Assembly (NCBI GenBank): GCA_964461525.1
Contig: CAYWUX010000014.1
Location: 9,028 to 73,027, forward strand
Source: an uncultured Hyphomicrobiaceae bacterium
Lineage (GTDB): Bacteria; Pseudomonadota; Alphaproteobacteria; Rhizobiales; CAYWUX01
DNA: 64,000 bases
Reading direction: 5' to 3'
Below the pieces are notes generated by a model. It was given only the letters and a program-made list of their open reading frames with translations, was not told where the DNA came from and did no database searches. Each line of letters starts with the position of its first letter. Position 1 is the stretch's first letter. A program made the translations under genes and the position numbers. Positions 9,759 to 19,687 of the stretch are shown one piece after another.

Positions 9759-11441
9759 TCAGAAAACAGATTTTAAATTCTTGCCAGACGCATGCGAGCG
9801 TTGAATAACCGGTGATACGACGCGATCTGAAACCGGAAAGTCCCAGACGGCTGCTCGACCATTACTTTCAAACTCCTCTATTAGTTCTGGAATGGTGCTA
9901 AGGTCCTCAACACGCTCCCCGCGCAAACCAAAGCCCTGTGAAATTGCCGCAAGATCGGTTCTCCCGAATACAGCACCTTCGTCGGGAAATCCGTCTGCGC
10001 GAAGTTTCTGAATTTCTGAACCATAGCCTCCATCGTTGAGAACGCAGACAAGAATTTTGAGCTCATGCCGCTTTATTGTTTCAAGTTCCTGCACATGCAT
10101 CAGCAAACTTCCGTCACCATCAAAAAGAACGACGGGCCGGTTGGGGCGCGCTGCAGCGACACCAATAGCGAATGAGATGCCGTTCCCGATGGCACCAAAC
10201 TCCCGGATAGTAAGGAAACGTTCAACGGGCCGTGAAGGCATCTGCGCGAAAAAATAAGAGCAGTGACCGGAAGAGTTAACTAGTTCCCAATCCATTGGCA
10301 CATCGCTTTCCAGAGCTGAAACAACATTTCGCGGATCATGGAGTCCTGGCTCTATATCAAACGGCGTGCTGTCCGCTGGCTTGTTTTTTATAAATTCAGA
10401 CAAAGCTGAACTTCTCCACTGATTTGGACGTTCAGTGACCGCAACTGTCAGAGCTTCCACACCCAATCGTGCATCTGCCCTTACATGTTCCCCGGCAACT
10501 AACTGCCCCTGGCTGATGGCTATCGGATCCACATCGATCTGAAGAACTTTGGCATCAGGCCAGAGTTTACCTCCATCCGTGTTGTGCTGCGCAAGACTGC
10601 ATCCTACAGCAATTATGAGATCAGCATCTGAAAGACATTCGCGCCCCACCTGTGAGGAATATCCGCCTGAAATTCCAATTGAAAACGGATCATCATGGAA
10701 CAGCCCCCTTGCAGGTAAGCTAGTCGCCAATAGCGCATCGCATTTCATTGAAAACTTTCGGCAGGCTTCGCCAGCATTGCTCTGAACAGCGCCAATCCCT
10801 GCGATAACGACAATGCGCCGAGACTCTTTAATTAATTTTGCCGCCCGGGCGATCTCCTGCGGGTGAGGTTGGATGGGTTTGATATCCGGGGCAATTAGAT
10901 GAGAGGGGTCGGGTAATGGATCAGTAATGTTAACGGGAGTGTTCTGCAAGTCGAGGGGAACGCCCAGAATTACTGGCCGCTTTTTTAATTTTGCCTGCAA
11001 AAACGCGTCTCTAACCTCCTGGGCCATAAGTTCGGGATGATGTAACGATTTGTAGACTGCACCCGCTGCCCTTACAAAGGGTGCCTGATCGATGGCCTGA
11101 TTATACCAGTTTGACTTTATAGGAGCTTCGCCTGCAAAAATAACTAATGGAATGTGGGCGCGAACAGCTGCCGGCAACGCAGTCAAAATTTGGGTTAATC
11201 CAGGTCCACATGTTACTGTTGCCACACCGATATTCCCGGTCTTACGGGAATAAGCCATTGCAGCAGCTACGGCACAGTGTTCGTGACGCACATAGATCAT
11301 GCGAGTGCCCAACGCGCTGAGGCAACTGGCCCATTTCATATTACCGTCACCCAGTAGCGCAAAACAGGTCTCGACTCGCTCCTGTACAAATGCACGGGAA
11401 AGAAGCTCATAAACCTTTGTTTGTTCGATTTCAGTTTTCAA
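9759..11441 (-). CDS. Thiamine pyrophosphate-dependent enzyme (acetolactate synthase-like, substrate unknown)
   Basis: 'RHEHCAVAAA', 'TCGPGLT', TPP motif GDGS...NDGGYG. Confidence 0.9.
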   Translation of the reverse strand: MKTEIEQTKVYELLSRAFVQERVETCFALLGDGNMKWASCLSALGTRMIYVRHEHCAVAAAMAYSRKTGNIGVATVTCGPGLTQILTALPAAVRAHIPLVIFAGEAPIKSNWYNQAIDQAPFVRAAGAVYKSLHHPELMAQEVRDAFLQAKLKKRPVILGVPLDLQNTPVNITDPLPDPSHLIAPDIKPIQPHPQEIARAAKLIKESRRIVVIAGIGAVQSNAGEACRKFSMKCDALLATSLPARGLFHDDPFSIGISGGYSSQVGRECLSDADLIIAVGCSLAQHNTDGGKLWPDAKVLQIDVDPIAISQGQLVAGEHVRADARLGVEALTVAVTERPNQWRSSALSEFIKNKPADSTPFDIEPGLHDPRNVVSALESDVPMDWELVNSSGHCSYFFAQMPSRPVERFLTIREFGAIGNGISFAIGVAAARPNRPVVLFDGDGSLLMHVQELETIKRHELKILVCVLNDGGYGSEIQKLRADGFPDEGAVFGRTDLAAISQGFGLRGERVEDLSTIPELIEEFESNGRAAVWDFPVSDRVVSPVIQRSHASGKNLKSVF

Positions 11442-11860
11442 ATGTCAATCTCCCATAAATCCGAACGTATCCAATCTTTTTTGTGATTGAAATTAATTTC
11501 GCAAGCGCTTAACAGTATCTTGCATCACAACTTCCTGCAGGCCTACGCAACATAGCCAGCCTACCGCTGAGCCAAGCGGTAGCCGATAGATCGTACATGA
11601 GGATTTTAACAGGAGAAATCTTCATGTCGATCAAGATTAGCATGTTTGCTTACATCACCGCCTATTCTGGTGCGCTTCACACATTGATCCGCCAATCTCT
11701 TCTAACGCCATAATGCGGAAAGCTTTCCTTTACCGGGAAGAGAACAGTGAACCCGGGAGGCCCATCATGAAAGACTTGACAACTAACCCGGAATTAGAGA
11801 ACAGTCTGGGTCATGAACGGTCCTTTTCCTTCGACTGAAAAGGAGTCCGTTTCGCCTCCA

Positions 11861-11878
11861 ATAGTGTTGCAAAAGTCG
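11861..11878. mobile_element. Possible orphan IS terminal inverted repeat (TGTTGCAAAAGTC)
   Basis: ATAGTGTTGCAAAAGTCG resembles IS ends I recall from alphaproteobacteria; no partner repeat or transposase nearby. Confidence 0.3.
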
Positions 11879-11955
11879 GCTTTCAGGCTGAGGATTATTA
11901 GTGCTGTGCAAGGGTCATTAAGACCGAGGAAGCAGCGGCCGCATAATTGGCAAGT

Positions 11956-12489
11956 CTAAAGCTGATCGATGAGCTGGTTAACGGGTGCATCGGCGTTTAA
12001 CAATCGATCGCACTGATTGGCTCCCATGACTGGTAAATTCCCCTCTAATAGACCCAATTGCACTAAAACGGTAGCCTGATCCCAATAAATATGCTCGGAA
12101 CTGATCAAGCCATTCTCAAATGCAATTATCGCAACATGCGGAATGGCAAGCCGGCGATCTGTCGGTTCTATACCGGGGGCGAACCAATCCATTCGAACGG
12201 TATGGGTGAAGCGCAGAATGAATTCATCGATGATGCGTCCCTGACCGACGCTGCGCGTTAACAGTTCCAGTTCCGCATCCTCTGGCATTTGTGGAATGAA
12301 GATCTCCGCGTAAAATTTTCGCAATGCCTCTCGACCGGTCGCGCCGGTATTCACGGGCACATGTATTAACACAGGGTGTTCTGTCATCGTGGCAATTGCC
12401 GCGTCAGCATCTCCCGTACTGAATTCGCTCGCCGTATGAGCCTCCCAGACATCGATGAGTGCTTGTTCATTATCGTTGAACTGATTCAT
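11956..12489 (-). CDS. SnoaL-like / ester cyclase family protein
   Basis: AGGAG RBS; 'WEAHTASEF...AIATM...HVPVNTGATG...EHIYWDQATVLVQLGLL'. Confidence 0.88.
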   Translation of the reverse strand: MNQFNDNEQALIDVWEAHTASEFSTGDADAAIATMTEHPVLIHVPVNTGATGREALRKFYAEIFIPQMPEDAELELLTRSVGQGRIIDEFILRFTHTVRMDWFAPGIEPTDRRLAIPHVAIIAFENGLISSEHIYWDQATVLVQLGLLEGNLPVMGANQCDRLLNADAPVNQLIDQL

Positions 12490-12801
12490 GTGTGGTCTCC
12501 TGATTGAATGGTGCCGAGATCCTGCTATTATACAGTTTCTTTCAGTGGGCGCAAAAAATCAGGTTGAAGTTCGAAGAGACTATACTGTTAGACAGTCGGG
12601 ATTTTAACGGGTCCATCCTTATCAAAAGATTTGATTACGGTGGCGATTGCCAATCACACGACCTCGTCTGTGGCAAATTCAGGCCGCTGAAAGCCCTAAT
12701 TTCGATTGGCTTTCGAGATATAGGCCCGCAACAAGTTAAGAACATACCTTACGAGGCATCTTCGCGGCGCATCCCGCGGGCGCCAGTGCCAGAATGATAT
12801 T

Positions 12802-13050
12802 ATGTCTTGGCATGCAATGTCCCTAAATTCTGAGAGTTCTCGGGCGGAGGCCATTACGGCACTGTGCACTCTTATAGACGAAGTCCGACTCGTTCCAGTA
12901 AATGGTAGCCTGAAGTTCGAAATTGTTGGAGAACTGTCCGCTCTCATCAATTTTGCAAACAAATCTACCAATTCTCACGAAATAGGAGAGCAATTAACGT
13001 TGGTTGTGGGGGCTCGGTGCCACCTATACCGAACTCCAGTGCAAATCTAA
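12802..13050 (+). pseudogene. C-terminal remnant of a large serine recombinase
   Basis: 'RAEAITALCTLIDEVRLVP...LKFEIVGELSALINFA...LVVGARCHLYRT' matches the conserved C-terminus of alphaproteobacterial island recombinases; catalytic domain absent. Confidence 0.7.
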
Positions 13051-13198
13051 TTATAGATGAGTTCTTACTCGTCTCCATACTCTTGCCTACATGCATCACA
13101 CCAATTGTAGAAGCGAGGGTTTTCCCGAATGATATTTCAGAATGAAGTTTACAATGAGTAAGTTATCGTCAATGAGTGAGACGCCGATAGTACGCGAC

Positions 13199-15910
13199 TC
13201 ATTTTTGACAACTTTCTGCTTTGAGCAAGGCGACTGGGAAGGTGTTAAGTATTTCGCTAAGTCTAAGACTCGTTTCCCCGTTAATTGTTTGTTTGTTTGT
13301 CAAGTTAAGCCATCTTTTCCCCGAGAGTTGCTCCGGCAAAACAATACACGTATCCTCCCAAATATCCGGGGGAACAATTGACTGAGTTTGTCCACTAAGC
13401 AAAGCACTGACTAAACGAGGAGCGACCGCTATGGCGGCATCCCCGTCAAGGCACCGAGCGAATGCAACTACATGGTTTGCCAATGCGTTTTCTGCCCTGA
13501 GGGGCAGATACGCGCCATCCGAAAAAAGTTCCGGACAACGTTTTCGATAGGCGAGCCCAACCATAAGTAAACGCATCTTTATTGCACCTGATGGCCAATC
13601 TGAAAGTAACTTTTTCTGATCCCAGGTCCTTATCTCATTTAACAAACGGCTACGCCGATCGAAATCAACTGGACGCCTGTTGTCCGGATCAACTAGACTG
13701 AAGTCCCACAGTTCACTTCCCTGGTATAAATCAGGCACTCCCGGAGCCATGAGCTTCAACAGAGTTAACGTTAGACCGTTGAGTGCACCAGCAACGAAAA
13801 TTGGTTGGCATGTGCTAGAAAAATCTTCTAGAAATTGACCCGATATACTGGGATCGAGCGTATTGCGGACAAAAATTTCTATAGTTTCCTCGTATTCAGA
13901 ATTCTGATCCGTCCAGCTCGTATAAACCTTTGCTTCGCGCACGGCTTTTAACATGAATTGTGTCATGCGGTCCTGGAAGTCCCGCCATTTTTCCTCATGC
14001 TTTATGATCTGCTCAAGTGGCCATGCACCCAAGAGCGTCTGATAATACAACCATTCGGTTTCTGGGTCTGGTAATTTGTGCTCTTTAGTGTCCCGATGCA
14101 GATGTGCATTCTGTTTAGTCCATCTTGTGACGGCCGAAAACCAGTCATTTGACAGTTCGCTCAACGTATAGAGACGGGCGCGTGTATCCTCTCCACGCTT
14201 CGTATCGTGCGTGGAGGTTGCGCTGAGTCCCAATGGCTGTCGAACTTGTCGACAAAACATTTCGTCATGGAAGGCTTCTGGCGGCGCACCAAACTGTTCA
14301 GGTTGTCCCCCAACTTCATTTAATCCGATAAATCTATTGTATTGATAGAATACAGTATCTTCGAGGGCCTTAGCCATGACGGGTCCCGTTGTCTGCTGGA
14401 ACCGCGTCGTAAATTCCAAGGCAGAAGCTTGGTCGTCAGGCGAAATAAATTCGAGTAACAAGATTCGAGAAATAAAATGAAGGGCTCCTTGGTCTTCGAC
14501 TTCTCGCGCTGCAACAGCAGATTGTGTAGCGTCTTCTATAACTTTGCGATCGGTATCAGAAGGACCTGAGACGTCCACATAAGTGCGGTATACTGGCAGT
14601 GCGGCTGCGAGCTCAACAATGGCGCGCCTTAATGTATCGGGACCAAAATCTCGCGTTCGATAATCTCGTTCCGCCAGCGAGATTGCCATTTCTTTGAGGT
14701 AGGCAAGCTCGCCGGCGAGATTGCGTGAAAGAATTTTTCGTTTGTTGTCCAGTACAAGTGCCGGATAATCAATCTCCTGACCAATATAACGATGATACGC
14801 TTCGGTCACAATGGCAACACCGTCCGAATCAACGAGTAGGTTTCCAAGCGATCTTATGAACTCGTATCCGGTAGTACCGGCAACAGGCCAATCTTGCCGC
14901 AGCTCTTCATTGGGCCCAAGTATCTTTTCCACGATGATATAAAATAATTTTTTTCCATTGGCCTCAGTTTGTAATTTCTTAAGATAACTCTTGGGATCTG
15001 CGAGACCATCAATGTGATCCAGACGCACTCCTGTAATGCAATTTTTCTTGATCAAATTAAGCAATTTCATATGCACGTCTTCAAAGACACGATTGCTTTC
15101 TACTCTAAGGCCGACCAGATCTGCAATTTCAAAAAAGCGCCTATAGTTAAGAGTCTCGCGTGCCGCACGCCAGTGCGCGAGCTGCCAGACTTGTGCTTCG
15201 TGCAGCTCATGGATGGCGTTCCTATCGCTGCTCGTATCCTCTAATTTTTTTTTGATAGATAAGTGTACCGATTTATTTCTGGCGAGATCGGCTAACCCCT
15301 TCTTTAGACTTTGGGAAACTTCTGGCGTAGAGACTGCAAAGCGCCGGGTAAGCTCAACAAAAGACTCGTCTTTGAGATGTGTGAATAGTTGAGCATACGA
15401 AGGCGGTGTTAAAGGTAACTTCAACTGACCATAAGAGAAAAATATGCCTCCATCGCAAACATCGAAAACTAATCCAAACTTGCCCTCGTCAAGCTCCTTG
15501 CCATATCCAGCCGCCAAGGCAGGCACAACGAGTTTCGGGGCCGTCCAGTCAATGTCAAAATGCTGAGCGTAATCACTACGAGCACCCCATTCGAGCACAT
15601 CACGCCACCACGGATTGTATGGCGTTGAGCCCATATGATTCGGAACAAAATCGATTATTAAACTTAGTCCATAATGTTTCAATGCGCCGATCAATTTCCC
15701 AAACTCGTCCTCACCCCCAAGGGAACGTTCAAGGCCGCTAAAATCTATAACGTCATATCCATGCGTGGAACCAGGTGCAGCTGTAAAAATGGGAGAGGCA
15801 TAAAGATGGCTTATACCTAGTTGATTGAGATACGGAACGAGATCTAAAGCTCGTCCAAATGTCATGCCATTACGAAACTGCAGGCGGTATGTTGCTGTTG
15901 GCCTGTTCAT
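13199..15910 (-). CDS. treY: Malto-oligosyltrehalose synthase
   Basis: 'PTATYRLQF', 'GSTHGYDV', 'RLDHIDGL', 'STHDTKRGED', 'PGVPDLYQG'. Confidence 0.97.
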   Translation of the reverse strand: MNRPTATYRLQFRNGMTFGRALDLVPYLNQLGISHLYASPIFTAAPGSTHGYDVIDFSGLERSLGGEDEFGKLIGALKHYGLSLIIDFVPNHMGSTPYNPWWRDVLEWGARSDYAQHFDIDWTAPKLVVPALAAGYGKELDEGKFGLVFDVCDGGIFFSYGQLKLPLTPPSYAQLFTHLKDESFVELTRRFAVSTPEVSQSLKKGLADLARNKSVHLSIKKKLEDTSSDRNAIHELHEAQVWQLAHWRAARETLNYRRFFEIADLVGLRVESNRVFEDVHMKLLNLIKKNCITGVRLDHIDGLADPKSYLKKLQTEANGKKLFYIIVEKILGPNEELRQDWPVAGTTGYEFIRSLGNLLVDSDGVAIVTEAYHRYIGQEIDYPALVLDNKRKILSRNLAGELAYLKEMAISLAERDYRTRDFGPDTLRRAIVELAAALPVYRTYVDVSGPSDTDRKVIEDATQSAVAAREVEDQGALHFISRILLLEFISPDDQASALEFTTRFQQTTGPVMAKALEDTVFYQYNRFIGLNEVGGQPEQFGAPPEAFHDEMFCRQVRQPLGLSATSTHDTKRGEDTRARLYTLSELSNDWFSAVTRWTKQNAHLHRDTKEHKLPDPETEWLYYQTLLGAWPLEQIIKHEEKWRDFQDRMTQFMLKAVREAKVYTSWTDQNSEYEETIEIFVRNTLDPSISGQFLEDFSSTCQPIFVAGALNGLTLTLLKLMAPGVPDLYQGSELWDFSLVDPDNRRPVDFDRRSRLLNEIRTWDQKKLLSDWPSGAIKMRLLMVGLAYRKRCPELFSDGAYLPLRAENALANHVVAFARCLDGDAAIAVAPRLVSALLSGQTQSIVPPDIWEDTCIVLPEQLSGKRWLNLTNKQTINGETSLRLSEILNTFPVALLKAESCQK

Positions 15911-17826
15911 ATTGAACGCGGACGCTCTGAAGCCACAGCCTGAATAATATCCAGAAATGGAGAAGAATTTTTCAATTCACTGATGGCTAAGGGAAGTTTA
16001 CGACGCCAGTTGGGGTGTTCACCTACTGTACCAGGCACATTGATCTGCTGAATTACTTCTGCCAAATCTTCAATCTGAACGGCCACCAATCGACATGGTG
16101 TTCGGGCTAAAAATTTGTGGAGAGCAATTATGAGCTCATTCGTCAATTCGTCTGGAGGAAGTTCTTCACCTCGCGCTGCAGGATAAAGCTCATCAGGTAG
16201 CAACGCTTCATCGGCCAGAGCAGAAAGCAGCTGCTGCCGGTCTTTAATTCGCTGAGCCATTAAATCTGACTCGTAAGTTAAACGCTCAATGCCAAATTGG
16301 CCGAGTTGCTTAATATCAAGTCCGATCCACCATCCACGAAGCGTTGGCAGATCATGTGTTGAGATACAGGCGAGAGCATCTTTCGAATAGTAAGATGGCG
16401 CTCGAAAACGCCGCCCCTCTTCTCTCTCAAAAAATAAAACTAAATAACGTTGAACCCGGGCTTGCTTCATAATATCGCGGAAATTGGCCGGTACGGTACC
16501 TAGGTCCTCTCCAATAACAAGTGTCTGTGTCGAATGCGAAATTGCTGCTAATACCTGAAGCGTTTGGTTCATTGGATAATGAACATAAGCTCCGCCAGAA
16601 CCGTCAAGCCCGTCGGCAATGAGATAAAGACGGTTGAGTGACATGACATGATCAATTCGAATAGCTCCGGACCGCAGCATAGATTCTTGCAAAGTTGAAC
16701 CGAATGCACTTCCATTGTCCTCCCGTAATACAATTGGTGACAAGGGAGCGAGACCCCAATCCTGGCCCTGGGCATTCAGAGCATCTGGTGGACTTCCAAT
16801 TCTAATGCCGCGCAAAAAGATTTCTGGTTCAAACCAAGTATCAGCACCATCGGGAGCGACACCAACTGCCAGATCAAGATATAGTCCTATGCGCATCCCA
16901 GCTGAGAGGGCCCGTTGTTGCGCATTTTCGAGTTGTTGGTCTGCAATCCATTGCAACCACATATGGAACAATACTCGGTCCTTTTTTTCCTCACAGAATG
17001 TCCTGACAACTTCTGTATTTGGGTCTTTAAACGTATCTGGCCATCCATGCCAACCACAAGGAAATCCTTGGCGAACCATTTCTTCTGACAGCGCTTCGAA
17101 CAGCGCAAATTTTTTTAAAGTTTCTCCTCGATCATCGCAAAAGGACTTGAACGCAATATCCTTATCTGAACCGGTCCCCAGTTGGCATGCGCAGAAACGA
17201 ATAAAGCTCCTCTCCAATGCTACCCTTTTAAGGCGTGCGACGGCCTCATAATCAACAAGTTCTGATTCACGAACTTTTTGAATTTCCCCAACATCGATAT
17301 AGCTTGCAATATGCTGTTCATTATTTTCAATTTTATCGACAGCAATATAAAATGTGTTGAGAAAGCGGCGGCTCGACGGGGAATAAGGGCTGAAGCGATT
17401 AGGATCTGAAGAGAATAACGCGTGCAAGGGATTTACACCAACAAAATCAGCTCCAGCCGAACCAGCAAGCTCTACAAATTTTGCCAAATCTTCAAAATCG
17501 CCGATACCCCAGTTCCGAAGTGACCGAAGGCTGTATAGCTGACACATTATTCCCCAGGCACGTCCATCTTCTAACCATTTCGGAAGAAAACAACGGGGAA
17601 CATCTACTTCCGAGACCCCGCCTCTGAGATTTTGTTGTGCGTGAATAAGGCTTGAGTGTATCGCTTCATCTGAATCCGCCGCAACTCCAAGAGCTTCCAG
17701 AAGGCCCTGCTTAGCATTTTCACTGGCATGACACTGTTCACCCGTCTCTCTAAGGTAGCTGAGAGCTATACCATAAAATTCAGCCAACTCATCTAATTTT
17801 GCGTTCATCTTATCGTCTTTAGCCAC
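15907..17826 (-). CDS. malQ: 4-alpha-glucanotransferase (GH77)
   Basis: 'WGIGDFEDL', 'SPYSPSSR', 'RIDHVMSL', 'IGEDLGTVP', 'STHDLPTL', 'NVPGT...NWRRKL'. Confidence 0.96.
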   Translation of the reverse strand: MAKDDKMNAKLDELAEFYGIALSYLRETGEQCHASENAKQGLLEALGVAADSDEAIHSSLIHAQQNLRGGVSEVDVPRCFLPKWLEDGRAWGIMCQLYSLRSLRNWGIGDFEDLAKFVELAGSAGADFVGVNPLHALFSSDPNRFSPYSPSSRRFLNTFYIAVDKIENNEQHIASYIDVGEIQKVRESELVDYEAVARLKRVALERSFIRFCACQLGTGSDKDIAFKSFCDDRGETLKKFALFEALSEEMVRQGFPCGWHGWPDTFKDPNTEVVRTFCEEKKDRVLFHMWLQWIADQQLENAQQRALSAGMRIGLYLDLAVGVAPDGADTWFEPEIFLRGIRIGSPPDALNAQGQDWGLAPLSPIVLREDNGSAFGSTLQESMLRSGAIRIDHVMSLNRLYLIADGLDGSGGAYVHYPMNQTLQVLAAISHSTQTLVIGEDLGTVPANFRDIMKQARVQRYLVLFFEREEGRRFRAPSYYSKDALACISTHDLPTLRGWWIGLDIKQLGQFGIERLTYESDLMAQRIKDRQQLLSALADEALLPDELYPAARGEELPPDELTNELIIALHKFLARTPCRLVAVQIEDLAEVIQQINVPGTVGEHPNWRRKLPLAISELKNSSPFLDIIQAVASERPRSI

Positions 17827-19687
17827 GACTCTTTTCTAAGATATTAAATATGACCGACCACGCTGGAAGCCAGTCGGATTCCAATTTAGAGTTGGCTGCT
17901 TCAGGAATCTCGAAAATTGTACGTTTGACAAAACTGACGTCGTCTTTTGCAGCTGACTGGATCTCTGTAGGCATTTGCCGCCAAGGCGTTTCTGAAAGAT
18001 TAGCGGTCAAGGACAAACAGCTCCCGTCGCCAAGTTGCCAGATGACGTGAAGATCTCGCTCGGCACTCAGTTGCTTACAACCGTAGTGATTACGCATATT
18101 TTTTATTTTCGGCATAATTTCTTGCCGTCGAATATTGATCAGTTGTTTAACAAGATCTAATCGCTGCTGGCCTTTGCTCCGCATGCTTGCTTGCCAGTCA
18201 AGCTTCGTGTTGGAGAAGGTTTCCAACTTGTTTGGGTTAGGGATTCGCTGGCGGTTCTCCACACCCTGAAAGCTGCGCCACCTGTTAAATTCATTACGTC
18301 GTCCCTCGCAAATAGCCTCTCCAAGCTCACCATGAAAATCAGCGAAAAAGTAGAAAGGGCAAGTTTCACCCCACTCCTCGCCCATGAATAAGAGCGGTAT
18401 CTGAGGACTAAGCAGTAGTATCGCCGTCAGCGCATCGATTGCCTGCGGTGTAGCCAAGAGGGAGATCCGCTCCCCTAGAGCCCGATTGCCGACCTGGTCG
18501 TGATTTTGTAGGAAATTTACAAAAGCAACCGGCGGTAAATGCGCACTGGGTGTGCCCCGTGCAACGCCTTTAGCAAAATTAGAAGGTTCACCTTGGTAAA
18601 CGTACCCCTCGGTAAGAGCCCGTGCCAATTTGTCGGCCGGCTTCCTCTCATAGTCGATATAATAGCCGTCAGACTCGCCTGTTGCAATTACATGAGCAAC
18701 GTGGTGAAAATCGTCATTCCACTCAGCGGTATAGAGCCGTGGTAAACCGTCAATATCTCGCTTATGCAAAGATGTGATATTGCGCTCATCTTCGGTCGTC
18801 AAATGAATCTCTCTATCGCGAATACGGGAACGAACAGTCGACGCCAGTTCTTCGAGAATGCTGGGTGAAGTACTGTCATGAATTTGATTAATGGCATCTA
18901 GCCGTAAACCGTCAAATCGAAACTCTTCAAGCCAGTAGAGTGCATTCTCAATGAAAAATCGACGAACTGGCTCCTGTGTGTAGTCAATCGCGGCTCCCCA
19001 GGGTGTATCACGATTAGAATCGAAAAACGTCGAAGCATAAAGATGAAGGTAGTTTCCATCCGGCCCAAAGTGATTGTACACAACGTCGAGAAATACCATG
19101 AGGGCCCGTTCATGGGCTGCGTCTATCAGCTTTTTTAAAGCAGTTGAACCTCCGTAAGCTCTATGCGGTGCATAGAGTAGAACACCATCATATCCCCAAC
19201 CTCGATCACCAGAAAATTGGGCAACTGGCATAAGCTCAATTGCCGTAATGCCAAGCTCGACAAGGTAATCGAGCTTTGACTTGATCGCTGAGAAAGTTCC
19301 CTTTTCAGTGAAGGTGCCGGTGTGAAGTTCATAAATGACGGCCTCGTTCCATGGGCGCCCACGCCAATCCCCATTATTCCATTTATAGCCAAAAGGATTA
19401 GACAGAATTGACGGTCCGTGCACATCGTCCATCTGCTCCCGTGAGGCTGGGTCGGGAACCTGCAAACCGCTCGCCAGTTCAAATTGGTAGCCGTGGCCTA
19501 TATCCACCGCGTCCGTCACAATTTCGAACCAGCCTTCATTCACGGGTGACATGGGTAATCTTAAATTTCCGTGTTCTGATACCAATGAAATAGACTGTTG
19601 GTCCGGTGCCCAAAGTCGAAAGCGAACTCCGCCCCCGTCTAGTAGTTCCGCGCCCCAAGTACGTTCGAATGCAAATTCATCGCTCAT
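17819..19687 (-). CDS. treZ: Malto-oligosyltrehalose trehalohydrolase
   Basis: 'FRLWAP', 'WGYDGV', 'DGLRLDA', 'QNHDQVGNRA', 'PLLFMGEEWG'. Confidence 0.97.
   Translation of the reverse strand: MSDEFAFERTWGAELLDGGGVRFRLWAPDQQSISLVSEHGNLRLPMSPVNEGWFEIVTDAVDIGHGYQFELASGLQVPDPASREQMDDVHGPSILSNPFGYKWNNGDWRGRPWNEAVIYELHTGTFTEKGTFSAIKSKLDYLVELGITAIELMPVAQFSGDRGWGYDGVLLYAPHRAYGGSTALKKLIDAAHERALMVFLDVVYNHFGPDGNYLHLYASTFFDSNRDTPWGAAIDYTQEPVRRFFIENALYWLEEFRFDGLRLDAINQIHDSTSPSILEELASTVRSRIRDREIHLTTEDERNITSLHKRDIDGLPRLYTAEWNDDFHHVAHVIATGESDGYYIDYERKPADKLARALTEGYVYQGEPSNFAKGVARGTPSAHLPPVAFVNFLQNHDQVGNRALGERISLLATPQAIDALTAILLLSPQIPLLFMGEEWGETCPFYFFADFHGELGEAICEGRRNEFNRWRSFQGVENRQRIPNPNKLETFSNTKLDWQASMRSKGQQRLDLVKQLINIRRQEIMPKIKNMRNHYGCKQLSAERDLHVIWQLGDGSCLSLTANLSETPWRQMPTEIQSAAKDDVSFVKRTIFEIPEAANSKLESDWLPAWSVIFNILEKSRG

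Noticed and set aside
11441-11760. TPP riboswitch upstream of the TPP enzyme; 8-bp hairpin 11561-11582; 29-aa ORF after AGGAGA
   Set aside because: Conserved riboswitch elements are absent; the hairpin and ORF have no further support
12995-13045. Possible tRNA/att site at the end of the recombinase remnant
   Set aside because: No cloverleaf, T-loop (GTTCGA) or CCA end visible; no repeated att core found
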